From an uncultured Acidobacteriota bacterium (GTDB lineage: Bacteria > Acidobacteriota > Terriglobia > Terriglobales > Acidobacteriaceae): a DNA stretch of 64,000 nucleotides. The stretch is from contig CAVRZQ010000034.1 of the NCBI GenBank assembly GCA_963725575.1, positions 32,949 to 96,948 on the forward strand. Direction: 5' to 3'. This document shows, piece by piece, positions 9,583 to 20,249 of this stretch; the stretch's first letter is position 1, and each line of letters opens with the position of its first letter. Made by a program: the position numbers and the translations under genes. The notes under the pieces are model-generated. The model ran no database searches, was not told the DNA's origin, and saw nothing but the letters and a program-made list of their open reading frames with translations.

Positions 9583-11694
9583 TTATCTCCGCTGAAATTC
9601 TGGCGAACCCAATAGCAGGCCGGCGATCGTTCCGACCCTGGAAGCCTGCGTCGCCGCCCTGTCGTTCTTGCGCGCTGCGGACGGCCTTCCCGCGCCTTCG
9701 GCTGCTGCTGAACCCTCCAGCTCTTTGGTGATCGCGTCGTGCGTCTGTTTCGAGATGTTGCCCGCGAGCAGGGAACCTTCCAGGGCTAACAATATTTGTC
9801 CCGGGTCCGGCGCAGCCGTTGCATTTGTCGGAGCGCCCGCACTCACCAGTCGATCCGCGTCTACCTGCACGCCCTTGATCTTTCCCGACATGAATGCCAT
9901 CGAAAAATTCATTCTGCCCAGCAGCGCAGAGGAGCTTATCCAGGCATCCGACTTCATCGAGTATCCGGTGGGCGGCTGCATGCCGTAAAGGGGCATCCCC
10001 AGGGCGTTCAGTTGGCGAGCGACAGGCAAGGGGTCAGAAACATCGGCGCCCGTCGCCCGCAGCGCTGACACCACAAACTCCAGCGGCGTCTTCAACTTCA
10101 CGCGATACACGTCGTCGCTCCAGAACTGAGGCGACTGGAACATGGTCTTCAGCACTTCGCGAATGTCGCCATCTTTTTTCAGGAAAGTCTGCGCCATATC
10201 GTCAACCAGGGCGGGCGGCGGATCGTCAGAAACGAAGCGCATCGCGAGCTTGCTGCAGATGAAGCGCGCGGTGGAGGGATGGTGTGCCAGCAGGTGCAGG
10301 ACCTCCATGCCCTCTTTTTCGCCGTGCTGCTTGATCTTGTGGCCCAGCACAACCTTGGTGCCGGGTTCGTGCATCCTCTCCTCGAACTTGAAACTGCCGC
10401 CCTTCTGCGGCGGATCGATGGTCCAGCCCGTCAACACCCGCGCGACCTCGGTGACATCCTTCTGAGTGTAGCCGCCAGTCACGCCCAGGGTATGGAGTTC
10501 CATCAGTTCGCGGCCGTAGTTCTCGTTGAGGCCGCTCTTGCGCTTTCCCTTGCCGTTAGCCTGATTGGGACGAGGTGGAAAATGTCCGCGTCGCCGTCGC
10601 GCATACGGATTCTTGCGGATGCCGAGCGCGACCTCCGACTCCGGACCCACGCTCAGCCAGTTGTCGAGGTAGAACAGCATCGCCGGGCTTTTCGCGGTCG
10701 CTATCAGTAGGTCCTCGAACTTTCCCAGCGCATGTGGGCGGATCACGTCCCGTTCGTAGCTGGTAATCAGGTAGCGATCGGCGCCCTTCCCCAGGAAAAC
10801 GTTGAAGTGATTGAACCAGAAATCGGTCATCACTTCGTCGAGCTGGCGCTCGCTGTAGATGGCGCGCAGCAGCTTTGCCTGCATCAGTTCATCGCCGACC
10901 ACCCGCTCCGGATTGTTCAGAGCCTGGAGCGTTTCTTTCTGCTTCGCATTCATCCCTTCCATGAACTCGTCGCCCTTTTGACCTTTGAGTGACATGGAGA
11001 GGGCACGCTGCTCCTCCGGCGACATTTCGAGAACTTGCTTCATCCGCTGCTCGGGGGGCAGATCGAGCAGATCCTGGGCCTTCAGATCCGCATACAGGCG
11101 ATCCTCACGCCGCTTTGACCGGCGTTCGTCTTCTTCCGTCTTGCCGGCTGAAACATTACTGGTAGCGGCTGCCGCGGGCTGATCTGCCGGGCTCTCTTCG
11201 GTGCTCGACTTCACCGCCGGCGGCGGAGGGTTGGCCGCAGCTGCCTCCTGCTTGCGTTCCTGCTTCTGCTGCAGCCGCTCGATCTGCGCCTGGTAGACAG
11301 CCCGCTTCACCGGGTCGGATGGCATCGGCCGGCGCCCTTCCATTACGGCTTTGATGAGTGGCTGGGGAGGAAAATTCTCCACGATCTCGCGAGTATTCAT
11401 GTGGAGAGTGCGGAGCGGCGCCAGGCGCGCCTCCAGGTTGCCGTCATCAATCTTGTCAGGATGTAGTTGCAGATCGATCCATTTGTCCACGCCCATCGCG
11501 GCCACGCGTTCCACATCTCCTGGCCGCGGACCGAAGGTCAGGCGCTGCACCGCATGCAGGGCGCGTTTCGATTCGTCCATCTGCGTTGCGATTTTCTTGT
11601 CTTTCTTCTTGCTGGATGCAATGGCAGCAATGCTGGCAAGCCCCAGCACAAGCAAGACAACGATGAATGCTTCACGTCGACGCTGAGATGGCAT
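9583..11694 (-). CDS. DUF1800 family protein
   Basis: 703 aa, intact. ..MTDFWFNHFNVFLGKG..LHTLGV.GGYTQKDV.. is typical of DUF1800, in the usual pairing upstream of DUF1501. Confidence 0.85.
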   Translation of the reverse strand: MPSQRRREAFIVVLLVLGLASIAAIASSKKKDKKIATQMDESKRALHAVQRLTFGPRPGDVERVAAMGVDKWIDLQLHPDKIDDGNLEARLAPLRTLHMNTREIVENFPPQPLIKAVMEGRRPMPSDPVKRAVYQAQIERLQQKQERKQEAAAANPPPPAVKSSTEESPADQPAAAATSNVSAGKTEEDERRSKRREDRLYADLKAQDLLDLPPEQRMKQVLEMSPEEQRALSMSLKGQKGDEFMEGMNAKQKETLQALNNPERVVGDELMQAKLLRAIYSERQLDEVMTDFWFNHFNVFLGKGADRYLITSYERDVIRPHALGKFEDLLIATAKSPAMLFYLDNWLSVGPESEVALGIRKNPYARRRRGHFPPRPNQANGKGKRKSGLNENYGRELMELHTLGVTGGYTQKDVTEVARVLTGWTIDPPQKGGSFKFEERMHEPGTKVVLGHKIKQHGEKEGMEVLHLLAHHPSTARFICSKLAMRFVSDDPPPALVDDMAQTFLKKDGDIREVLKTMFQSPQFWSDDVYRVKLKTPLEFVVSALRATGADVSDPLPVARQLNALGMPLYGMQPPTGYSMKSDAWISSSALLGRMNFSMAFMSGKIKGVQVDADRLVSAGAPTNATAAPDPGQILLALEGSLLAGNISKQTHDAITKELEGSAAAEGAGRPSAARKNDRAATQASRVGTIAGLLLGSPEFQRR

Positions 11695-11824
11695 GGTCTT
11701 ACCCCGCGGGCGGAGTTGCAGCCTTCTTGATAAGAACCCAGGGTATGTGAAAAGTTGCTCGAAAGGCGTCTTCGGGCGTCGAACGATTAATCACAATCCA
11801 CGGATGCGAAAGCAGATCGGCTCC

Positions 11825-13021
11825 TTAATAACGGACGGGCGAGGTCGACGGCGAGCCCGGCGCTGAGGGTAACGGAGAGCGCCTGAACGCAGGCGGCGCT
11901 TCGTAGGTAAAGCGATGGCCGATTTTCACCAACCGCGATTCAAAAAGCGCCCATGACAAGTAGGCCAGGAGCAACGAGGCCCCCAGCGCGATTGTCAATG
12001 GAACCATGTCGAGCGCCCGCGCAATTGTCGGCACACGCCGACCGAACAGATGGAAAACGAAATCAAGGGCCGGAACATGGATGAGATACAGCCCATAGGC
12101 AATCGTGCCTAGCCATCGCAGGCAGGCCCAAGAGAAAACCCGTTTCAAGATTCCGTTCGATGTGATCGTGAAGAGCAATAGGGCGAGATAGAATACGGCG
12201 AGGCCGGTGTAGCCGATCGTCGACATTATCGTCCCCATCACGCCCCAACCCTTTATTGTGCAGACCATCAGGGCCAGGAACAGCAGGCCAGCTCCCGAGT
12301 ACAGCCAATGCCTCTGCGCGCGGATGAAATCGAGCGTAGCCTGATTCCGCACCGCGATTGCTGCAAGCACGCCCAGCAGCAGGCCATCGGCGCGGCAGGG
12401 CAAGAGCACGTAGGCGGCCGTTTGTCCTTGCGGGTAGAAATGCAGGTAAACGAAAGAACGGAAGGCGAGCACACCGAACACGCCCACGAGCGCGACCTTC
12501 CAGAGTTGCTTCGCCGGGACAAACCAGATCAGGAGAGGTAGCGTCAGATAGAACTGCTCTTCTATCGCGAGCGACCACGTTTGTGCGAGAAAGACGTGCC
12601 AGCGATCATTACGCAGCCAGAAATTTTGCGTGAAAGTCGCATAGCTGATCCAGGGCATTGCTCCCAGTTGCCAGCCGTGGAAGGCGTGCGAAACCCAAGC
12701 CGAGAGCGGGAAATAAGCGCAGCACGCCACAATGTAGAGCGGCAGGATGCGCAAGGCGCGCCGAATGTAGAACGTTGAGAAATAGGTCGCCGAATCCCTG
12801 GCATCGATCAGAATACCGCCGATCAGAAACCCCGACAGCACGAAGAAGAGATCGACTCCGCTCCAGGTCAGTATCGTCGCGTGGCCTAGAAAATGAAGCC
12901 CCGGGTAGGAAGACTGCGCCAGCGGAACGCTTAGATAATGCCAGATGACGACCAGAAGAATCGCCAGGCCGCGGATGCCATCAAGTTCGGGGATCCGTCG
13001 ACTTAGCAAACACCCGCCCAT
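11825..13021 (-). CDS. Acyltransferase family 3 (OafA-like) membrane protein
   Basis: IPELDGIRGLAILLVVIWHY at the N-terminus and about 10 predicted TM segments. Intact. Confidence 0.8.
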   Translation of the reverse strand: MGGCLLSRRIPELDGIRGLAILLVVIWHYLSVPLAQSSYPGLHFLGHATILTWSGVDLFFVLSGFLIGGILIDARDSATYFSTFYIRRALRILPLYIVACCAYFPLSAWVSHAFHGWQLGAMPWISYATFTQNFWLRNDRWHVFLAQTWSLAIEEQFYLTLPLLIWFVPAKQLWKVALVGVFGVLAFRSFVYLHFYPQGQTAAYVLLPCRADGLLLGVLAAIAVRNQATLDFIRAQRHWLYSGAGLLFLALMVCTIKGWGVMGTIMSTIGYTGLAVFYLALLLFTITSNGILKRVFSWACLRWLGTIAYGLYLIHVPALDFVFHLFGRRVPTIARALDMVPLTIALGASLLLAYLSWALFESRLVKIGHRFTYEAPPAFRRSPLPSAPGSPSTSPVRY

Positions 13022-13134
13022 CTGCGAATAATTTACCCACAGACCTCACACCAGGGAATAGCGTCCGAGTACAGCGAAGAAAAAGCGTAGCACCGAGATA
13101 GCGTCAATGATGTAACCAATCAACAATAAATAAC

Positions 13135-14443
13135 TTACGACGGCGGAGAGGTAAGGAATAGACGGCCGCGGCTGGTTTTGTGCTGCAGACTGGCGGCCAG
13201 CTGATCGATGTCGGCGGGCGCAATGTTCAGCGCCATTCGCTCATCGAGCAGGGGGGCGCGGCTGCTGCCTACCGCGTCGCGGCGCACTTGAATCAGCAAA
13301 GCCTGGACCGCGTTGGGATCATATTTCTGAGGAGCCAGCCGCACCAATTCACTGAGCGTGCTGCCCACCGACATCGGTTCGCGATACGGGCGCGCGCTGG
13401 TCATGGCATCGAAGGTGTCGGCCAGGCCGATGATGCGCGCCGACATCGGCACCTCCTCCATCTGCAGGCCATCGGGATAGCCGGAGCCATCGCCGCGCTC
13501 GTGATGCCAGCGCACGATTTCCGGAATCATCGGCCAGGGGAATTGAATCCCGCTCACGATCTGATGACCGACCGTCGGTGTGATCGGCCATCGCGCGAAA
13601 TTCATCCGGATCAAGAGCCGTGGGCTTGCCGAAAAGATACTTGTCGACCGCGACCTTGCCGATGTCGTGGAGGTATCCGGCTGAGCGCAGAGCTGCGACC
13701 TCGGTGAGATCGAGGCCCAAGGCTTCGCCAATGGCAGCCGCGTAGCGCGCCACTCGCAGGGAATGCCCGTGAATGTTGACGTGCTTGACGTCGATGGCGG
13801 TCGCGAACGCTTCCAGGGCATTGTCGTAAAAGCCATGCAGCGAGGCCAGCAAGCGCAGGTTTTCCGAGACGCGCTGCGACAGCGTCTGGGCGAGGGTGTG
13901 GTTATGGACTGCGAGTGCTACATAGCTGGAAAGCAGGCTCAGAGCATCGAGTTCGTCGTCATCGTAGAGGGAGTCACCCTCGCGCCTTCCCAGCGCCAGC
14001 AAGCCGGCTAGTTTGCCCGCGACCTTGAGCGGCGCGATGCACTTGAACAGTTCCGGTGCCACGTTCCCGTTCGAGCTGAAGAACACATCGTAGGTCGTTT
14101 CATTCAGAACGACCGGGCCGTGCGCGGCGGTCAAGGCATGCACGTGTTTAGGCAGCAGCGGAACGACGGCTGGATCGGGAAGCAACGCAAATCCGCGGGA
14201 CGCGGCCGAGCTCAGCAGGGACGGCTTGTCGCTGAAGGTGAAGAGCGCGCCCTCGCGCGCGCCGGCCGCCTCCATCAGCGCCGAAAGCATGAGCTGCGCG
14301 GTCTGCGAAAAGTCGCGTTCCGCCGTCAGCTCCGGGCCGAGGTCGGACAGCGTTTCCACCGTGCGCAACAATCGCCGGAAATTGTTTTTCTGCACCGCCA
14401 CGTGTTCGGGCAGCGAAAAACCAGAGCAGAATGAGAGTACCAT
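13135..14443 (-). CDS. GAF + HD-GYP domain c-di-GMP phosphodiesterase-type regulator; one frameshift
   Basis: GAF-like N-terminal half, then HSLRVARYAAAIG..GYLHDIGK. After a switch near 13575: HPTVGHQIV..IVRWHHERGDGSGYPDGL..IIGLADTFDAMTSARPY. Start set at ATG 14443. The TTG at 14560 lies in a hairpin after the upstream gene. Confidence 0.8.
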
Positions 14444-14589
14444 GCACCAAAAATGCAGGGGAGAGCCATTGTTGGTTAGTTTGGTGCGTGAAAACCAGTC
14501 CCTGGCTATTCGCCGTTGGCTCTTGGATTGTTCGTTGCGTTCCCTTGCGGGTTGCGTCAACCCGCGGCTGGAACGGGTGAAATCTTCTT

Positions 14590-15306
14590 CTAGAAGTGAT
14601 CGCGCAGGTTAGCGAATCTTTCCACCGTGAGGAGGCGACTGGGCGGAGTGGGTTCGGCCACTTCGTCGTGTTCGAGGATCCAGGTATTGGCGTGCGGGAC
14701 GAACACTGCGTTAAGCCCCGCCGAAAGCGCCGGATTGATATCGGATTTCGGGCTGTTGCCGATCATCCAGGTGCTGTCGTTCGCGAGTTCGTACTTTGCG
14801 GCCACCGACCGGTAGACCGCTTCGTCCTTCTCCGCGACGATTTCCACGGCGGCGAAGTAATCCTTTAACCCTGACCGCTCCACTTTGCCGGATTGCTCAG
14901 CAAACGCTCCCTTGGTCATCAGAATCAAATGGTGGCGGCCGGCCAGATACTGCAGCGTCGCGGGAACCTCGGGCAGAATTTCCACTGGGTGATCGGCGAT
15001 GGCGTGAGCGAAGCTGTGAATCGTGGCGTGCAGTTCCGGCGTGACCGGATCGGCCGAGAGACGCTCGAAGCAAGTCACCAGCGCATGCGCGAAGCTGTGC
15101 AGCCCATAGCCGTGCGTGACGATGTTTTCCCGCTCTACCTCGTTCAGGATTTCGCGGACCTGTTCCGGGGAATACTCGTGATGATTCAGAAACGAGATGA
15201 AGCGCGCGATGGCGCGTTCAAAATAGATGTTGTTCTCCCACAGCGTGTCATCCGCATCGATGAGCAACGTTTGCGCGCCGTTGGAATTGGACCTCATCCC
15301 CATCTC
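14590..15306 (-). CDS. HAD-superfamily hydrolase
   Basis: LLIDADDTLWENN (motif I DxD), LILMTKG, WMIGNSPKSDI. Start chosen at the MGMRS ATG. The track ORF extends to 15450. Confidence 0.75.
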   Translation of the reverse strand, partial: EMGMRSNSNGAQTLLIDADDTLWENNIYFERAIARFISFLNHHEYSPEQVREILNEVERENIVTHGYGLHSFAHALVTCFERLSADPVTPELHATIHSFAHAIADHPVEILPEVPATLQYLAGRHHLILMTKGAFAEQSGKVERSGLKDYFAAVEIVAEKDEAVYRSVAAKYELANDSTWMIGNSPKSDINPALSAGLNAVFVPHANTWILEHDEVAEPTPPSRLLTVERFANLRDHF

Positions 15307-15391
15307 TCCATGATAACGGTTTGTTTTCCTGATTCGCGAGCGCCTGCGTGGAAAAATGACAGGCCAGTCTCTGCTAAGATCAATACACTTC

Positions 15392-17116
15392 ATGGGGACC
15401 CAGACGCGTACACTCCGCGCACTCTTCCTGTTGTTTTTCGTCCTGCTCATGGCGATGTCGACCCCCGCTCAGAAAAAGCGGGGACTGTTGATCGGCACTG
15501 CGGCCAAGTCGGCCGAGCCTGCCAACGTCAAGGTGGCCCCGGATCTGGCGAGGCGACTCGCTAGGTTTCGTTCGGTCCAGATGCCGCTGCGAACGGACCT
15601 CACTGCGAACGAGCGCAAAATGGTCGGCAAGCTTGTGGAAGCGTGCCAGTACCTCGAGAGCCCCTATTGGCGGCAGATGGATCCGGAGGCGCTCGCGCTC
15701 TACCAATCCCTGGAGGGCAGCAAGGTGCCGCGCGACGTTCAACTGCGGCGCTACCTTTGGATCAATGCATCCCGTTTCGATCTGATCGACAGTAACAAGC
15801 CGTTTGTGGGCAGGGAGCCTATGTTCCCGGGACGCGGTTTCTACCCCCAGGGCCTGACCCGCGAGAAGATCGAGAAGTACGTCGCGGAACATCCCGAGAA
15901 GAAGGCCGAACTCTACAGCCCCACCACCCTCGTGCGTTGGCACGGGGACCAACTGGAAGCCTTGCCGTACCACATCGCGTACCGGTCGTTTCTGGAGCCC
16001 GCCGCGAAGGCTTTGCAGGATGCCGCGAAGCTGAGCGCGGATCCGGCCTTCGCAAATTACCTGCGGCTTCGCGCCGACGCGCTCCTTACCGACGACTACT
16101 ACCCGAGCGACCTTGCCTGGCTCGACCTGAAAAATCCTAAGTTCGATATCATCTTCGCGCCCTACGAGACCTATTCCGACGAACTGCTGGGCGTGAAAGC
16201 CACCTACGGCGCGGCCCTTCTCATCCGCAACGAAAAAGAGAGCCGCAAGCTGGAAATGTTTCAGCAGTACGTGCCGCAAATCCAGGACGCTCTGCCCTTG
16301 GCCGCGGAGGATCGTCCTTCCAAGCAGGGGCTCGAGACTCCCATGGAAGTCATGGACGCCCCGTTCCGCTCCGCCGATTTGACGCACGGGTATCAGTCCG
16401 TCGCCGACAACCTGCCCAATGATCCGCGGGTTCACGAGCAAAAAGGCAGCAAGAAGCTTTTCTTCAAGAATTTCATGGATGCGCGCGTGAACTACGTGAT
16501 CATCCCCGTCGCTCGGCAGATGTTGCGGCCCGACCAGGCCGCCAAGGTCTCCAGCGATGGTTACCTGTTGGGAACCATCATGCACGAAATCGCGCACGGA
16601 CTGGGACCGGCATTTGCCCGGACGGCGGCGGGCAAGGTGAGCATCCGAGAATCCATTGGCCCGCTCTACGCCGGGCTCGAGGAGGCCAAGGCGGACGTCA
16701 CCGGCATGTTCGGGTTGAAGTGGCTGGTGGATCACGGCGCGCTCCCCAAGGAGAAGCTGCAGGAGTTTTACGCTTCCTATGTCGGTGGAAACTTCCGCAC
16801 TGTCCGCTTTGGAATCGCCGAAGCCCACGGGCAGGCCGAAATGATGGAGTTCAACTACATGTGCTCGCGCGGCGCGATCCTACGCGAGCCTTCCGGGCGT
16901 TACACCATCGACTACGACAAAATGCCCGGCGCCATAGCCGACCTTGCCAGGGAATTGCTCGAGATTGAAGCCGCCGGCGATCGCCAGCGGGCGGAGAACT
17001 GGTTTCAGAAGTATGGCACGATGCCTGCAGAATTGAAGCTCGCCCTCCAAAGGAAGACTTCCAACATCCCGGTGGATGTGGATCCGGTGTTCTCGTTCAA
17101 GCGGGTTGTGCAGTAG
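15392..17116 (+). CDS. Secreted Zn-metallopeptidase, DPP III (M49)-like
   Basis: Signal-like MGTQTRTLRALFLLFFVLLMAMSTPAQ. HEIAHGLG followed about 40 aa later by EEAKADVTG resembles the M49 HExxGH/EExxxE pair. An alternative upstream start is at 15356. Confidence 0.6.
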   Translation: MGTQTRTLRALFLLFFVLLMAMSTPAQKKRGLLIGTAAKSAEPANVKVAPDLARRLARFRSVQMPLRTDLTANERKMVGKLVEACQYLESPYWRQMDPEALALYQSLEGSKVPRDVQLRRYLWINASRFDLIDSNKPFVGREPMFPGRGFYPQGLTREKIEKYVAEHPEKKAELYSPTTLVRWHGDQLEALPYHIAYRSFLEPAAKALQDAAKLSADPAFANYLRLRADALLTDDYYPSDLAWLDLKNPKFDIIFAPYETYSDELLGVKATYGAALLIRNEKESRKLEMFQQYVPQIQDALPLAAEDRPSKQGLETPMEVMDAPFRSADLTHGYQSVADNLPNDPRVHEQKGSKKLFFKNFMDARVNYVIIPVARQMLRPDQAAKVSSDGYLLGTIMHEIAHGLGPAFARTAAGKVSIRESIGPLYAGLEEAKADVTGMFGLKWLVDHGALPKEKLQEFYASYVGGNFRTVRFGIAEAHGQAEMMEFNYMCSRGAILREPSGRYTIDYDKMPGAIADLARELLEIEAAGDRQRAENWFQKYGTMPAELKLALQRKTSNIPVDVDPVFSFKRVVQ

Positions 17117-17127
17117 GAGCGGCCGTT

Positions 17128-18016
17128 CTAGCCGACGAACTCCACGTTGGCTGCACGAGGAATGATGCCGGCCTTGTGGCCCATATCGAGCAGCCGGCGC
17201 ACGGCCTCTCGCCCATCGGCGCCATAGTCCAGCGTGCGCTCGTTTACGTACATTCCCACGAACTTGTCCGCCAGTTGCGAGTCCAGGTCGCGCGCGAACT
17301 GCATCGCGTAAGCCAGCGCTTCCTCGCGATGATCGAGCGCGTACTGGATGCTGTCGCGCAAGGCCGTGCTCACGCTCAGCATGGTTGCCGGTCCCAGGGC
17401 CCGGCGGATCGCGTTGCCTCCCAGAGGAAGCGGCAGGCCCGTCACTTTCTGCCACCACTTGCCCAGGTCAACGACCCGGTGCAACCCCGCCTTGGTGTAG
17501 GAAAGCTGGCCTTCGTGAATGATGAGACCGGCTTCGTACTTGCCTTCCACCACCTGGGGAATGATCTGGTCGAAAGGGACCACTTCGACTTCGATGCTCG
17601 GGCGCGAACAGCTTCAGCGCGAGGTAGGCAGTGGTGAGTTTGCCGGGAACGGCGATGCGCTTCTTCTTGATTTCGCTCTGCGAGAAGGCGCGAGGCGCGA
17701 CGATCATGGGACCGTAGCCGTCGCCAACGCTGCCGCCGCTGGGCAAGAGCGCGTAGTGGTCCTGGATGTAGGGGTAGGCGTGAAACGAGATTGCCGTCAC
17801 GTCGTAAACACCCTCTTGCGCTTTGCGGTTGAGCGTTTCGATGTCGCAGAGCGTGTGCGTGAAACGCAGACCGGGCACGCGCACCTTGTTGGTGGCAAGC
17901 CCATAGAACATGAAAGCGTCGTCGGAGTCGGGACTGTGCGCCACCGAGATCTCGCGCGTGGTGGTCTCGCCAGACGCGTGCGCAGTCAAATTCTCAGGGG
18001 CGCTGGTCGGCGTCAT
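17128..18016 (-). CDS. mqnD: 1,4-dihydroxy-6-naphthoate synthase (futalosine pathway); one frameshift
   Basis: [30 protein letters not shown].. then, after a switch near 17600, [26 protein letters not shown] (VitK2-biosynthesis family, MqnD-type motifs). The ATG overlaps the bioY stop (ATGA). Confidence 0.75.
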
Positions 18017-18594
18017 CCGTGCACCTTGGGCGTGCGGCGCAGGCGGACGGCCACGGCGGCCGCGATCAGGACCTTGATCACCTCGGCAAACAGGAACCAG
18101 TACAGGCCGAACTGGATCGCTTTCTGGATCGAACCCGTCCAGATCCCAAGCCACGCCAGGCCGCTCGCGAATAACAGCACTTCCGCCAGCAATCCTGCCA
18201 TGGCGGCGCTCGCGAAGGTCTTGCGGCCGCGCTCCATCAGGTATCCGGCAAGTCCCGCCACCAGGGGATAAGCCATCAGGAAACCGCCCGTCGGACCGAG
18301 CAATTGCGCGATTCCTCCCGGACCGGTGGGATTGAATACGGGCAGGCCCATGGCTCCTTCCGCCAGGTACAAGGCCAGCGCCGCGAATCCGCGACGACTC
18401 CCGAGCAGCAGGCCGACCAGCAGGACACCGCAATTCTGCAGGGTCAAAGGAACGGGAGTGAACGGCAGCGGAACCGTCACCCGCGCGCAGAGCGCCACGA
18501 ACAGGCTCGCGCCCACCACGATGCCCGCTTGTTTTGTCCACTCGATGGCCCGCTCGTGTGGGAGATTCAAGGATTGCGTTGCCAGCTTTGTCAT
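18013..18594 (-). CDS. bioY: Biotin transporter BioY
   Basis: ..[38 protein letters not shown].. is the BioY signature. Start set at the MTKLAT ATG; the track starts at a TTG at 18624. Confidence 0.85.
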   Translation of the reverse strand: MTKLATQSLNLPHERAIEWTKQAGIVVGASLFVALCARVTVPLPFTPVPLTLQNCGVLLVGLLLGSRRGFAALALYLAEGAMGLPVFNPTGPGGIAQLLGPTGGFLMAYPLVAGLAGYLMERGRKTFASAAMAGLLAEVLLFASGLAWLGIWTGSIQKAIQFGLYWFLFAEVIKVLIAAAVAVRLRRTPKVHG

Positions 18595-18620
18595 AAGTGC
18601 CTCACTTCGTACCGCGTTTA

Positions 18621-18779
18621 TCAAACCGTACCGGAACCCTTGTGCTCGATGGCGTCCGGATCATCCCTCAGCGCTGCCTTCGACGCATTCATGTGGCGCC
18701 GCACCCGAAGGTAAAGGGCAATTGCCACGCACACCACCACCAGCGCACTACAGCCCAGGATGATGAACCACCAGGTCAT
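18621..18779 (-). CDS. Possible small membrane protein (52 aa)
   Basis: Hand translation MTWWFIILGCSALVVVCVAIALYLRVRRHMNASKAALRDDPDAIEHKGSGTV*. One TM helix, located directly upstream of bioY. No clear SD. Confidence 0.3.
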   Translation of the reverse strand: MTWWFIILGCSALVVVCVAIALYLRVRRHMNASKAALRDDPDAIEHKGSGTV

Positions 18780-18844
18780 CCGCACGATGTCCTAGGATAT
18801 CAAAAGGAAGTAGCCTGCGCCGTGACGTGCGATTCTTTCGCAAT

Positions 18845-20182
18845 CTACTTTCCCGACATGGCACGCTCGACGTCGTCGGCCGTGTGCGGCAGGGCCGCGC
18901 CCAGGTTGATCAACTTGCCGCTGGCATCGACATAAAGCGTGTCCTCGATGCGCACACCCAGCTTTTCTTCCGGAATGTAGATCCCGGGCTCAGAGTGAAC
19001 ACGGCACCGGGCCCGAGCGGAACCGAGTAGTCGTCGGGATCATGCACGCCCAGGCCAACGTAGTGCCCCAGGCCATGAATGAAGTACTTGCCCAGCGGAT
19101 CGCCGTGCAGATCCTTGCCATGAGTGTTGATGTAGTCGTACGCCACCTTGAACAGAGAGTTGGGATCTTCTTTTCGTAACGACGATTTTCCCGGACTGGA
19201 AGGCCGCAATGGCCGCCTGCTGTGCGCCCAGCACGATGTCGTAAATCTCGCGCTGGCGGGCCGTGAATTTTCCGTTCGCGGGCAGAGTGCGCGTGATGTC
19301 GGTGGCGTACATGGAGTACTCGCCGGCGGCATCAATCACGACGACGTCTCCCGCCTGGATCGTGGCAGAATCATCAGAATAATGAAGGACGGTTGAATTG
19401 AATCCCGACCCGACAATGGGCGAGTACGACGGCCGCTCGCATCCCCGCTTGCCCCACTCGTACTGCAGGAGCGCGGAAATCTCCCGCTCGTTGATGCCGG
19501 GCTTCATCGCCCGCATGGCCGCCAGTTGTGCCGCGACCGTGGCATCCGTGGCTTTGCGGATGAGCGCGATCTCGCCGCTATCCTTGTAGGTGCGCAGCGA
19601 GGAAAGCAGCGGTTTGACATCCTGGTACGTTGCGAACGGAATGAAGGCGTTCGCCCGCTTCAGCCAGTCGAGCCCAGTGCCGGACGGCGAATCGTGTCCG
19701 TATGCGGGCAGATCGGTATAGACCGTGGGCCGCTCCGGCAGCAGCCGGATCAGTTCGTCGCGCAGCTTGTCGAGAACTTCGACCTGATCGAATCCGGTGA
19801 CTCTCGAGGCTTGGGAATCGGTGGCGCTCAGCTTCGGGCCGGTCCATTTTTCCTCGACCTTATTATTGGCAGCCAGAAACAGGATCTCGGTGTAGGAGCG
19901 GGCCGGCTTGTCGCCCGAGGCTTCGACCGCGGGCACAATCAGCAATACAGCTCCGGGCTCAGCCCAACCTGACAGGTAAAAGAAGTTGTCGTCCTGTCGA
20001 AATCCGTACACGGCGTTGGGGCCTTCCGCCTCCATGGGCGCGAACAGAAGGACGGCCGCCCCGGAAGTCTTCTTGGATAAGGCTGCGCGGCGAGCGCGAT
20101 AGTCGGCATTCGCCTGCCGGTCGAGAGACCACAGGCTGGGAACTGTACAAACCACGAGCAACAGGATCGAAAGTTTCTTCAT
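18845..20182 (-). CDS. pepP: Xaa-Pro aminopeptidase (M24B), secreted; two frameshifts
   Basis: Signal MKKLSILLLVVCTVPSLWS. ..VLHYSDDSATIQAGDVVVIDAAGEYSMYATDITRT.., then HGLGHYVGLGVHD, then EPGIYIPEEKLGVRIEDT..SGK*. Switches near 19185 and 18985. Confidence 0.8.
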
Positions 20183-20249
20183 GATGACCTCGCTTCGGCG
20201 CGCGCTTGTGCCACGCCCTCGAGCAGAACTCAAACTGCCGCCAAAAATC

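Noticed and set aside
15380-16828. 482-aa ORF antisense to the M49-like peptidase gene
   Set aside because: Arg/Gly/Val-rich low-complexity translation with no motifs, while the opposite strand carries a signal peptide and HExxH/EExxxD motifs. A typical GC-rich shadow ORF.
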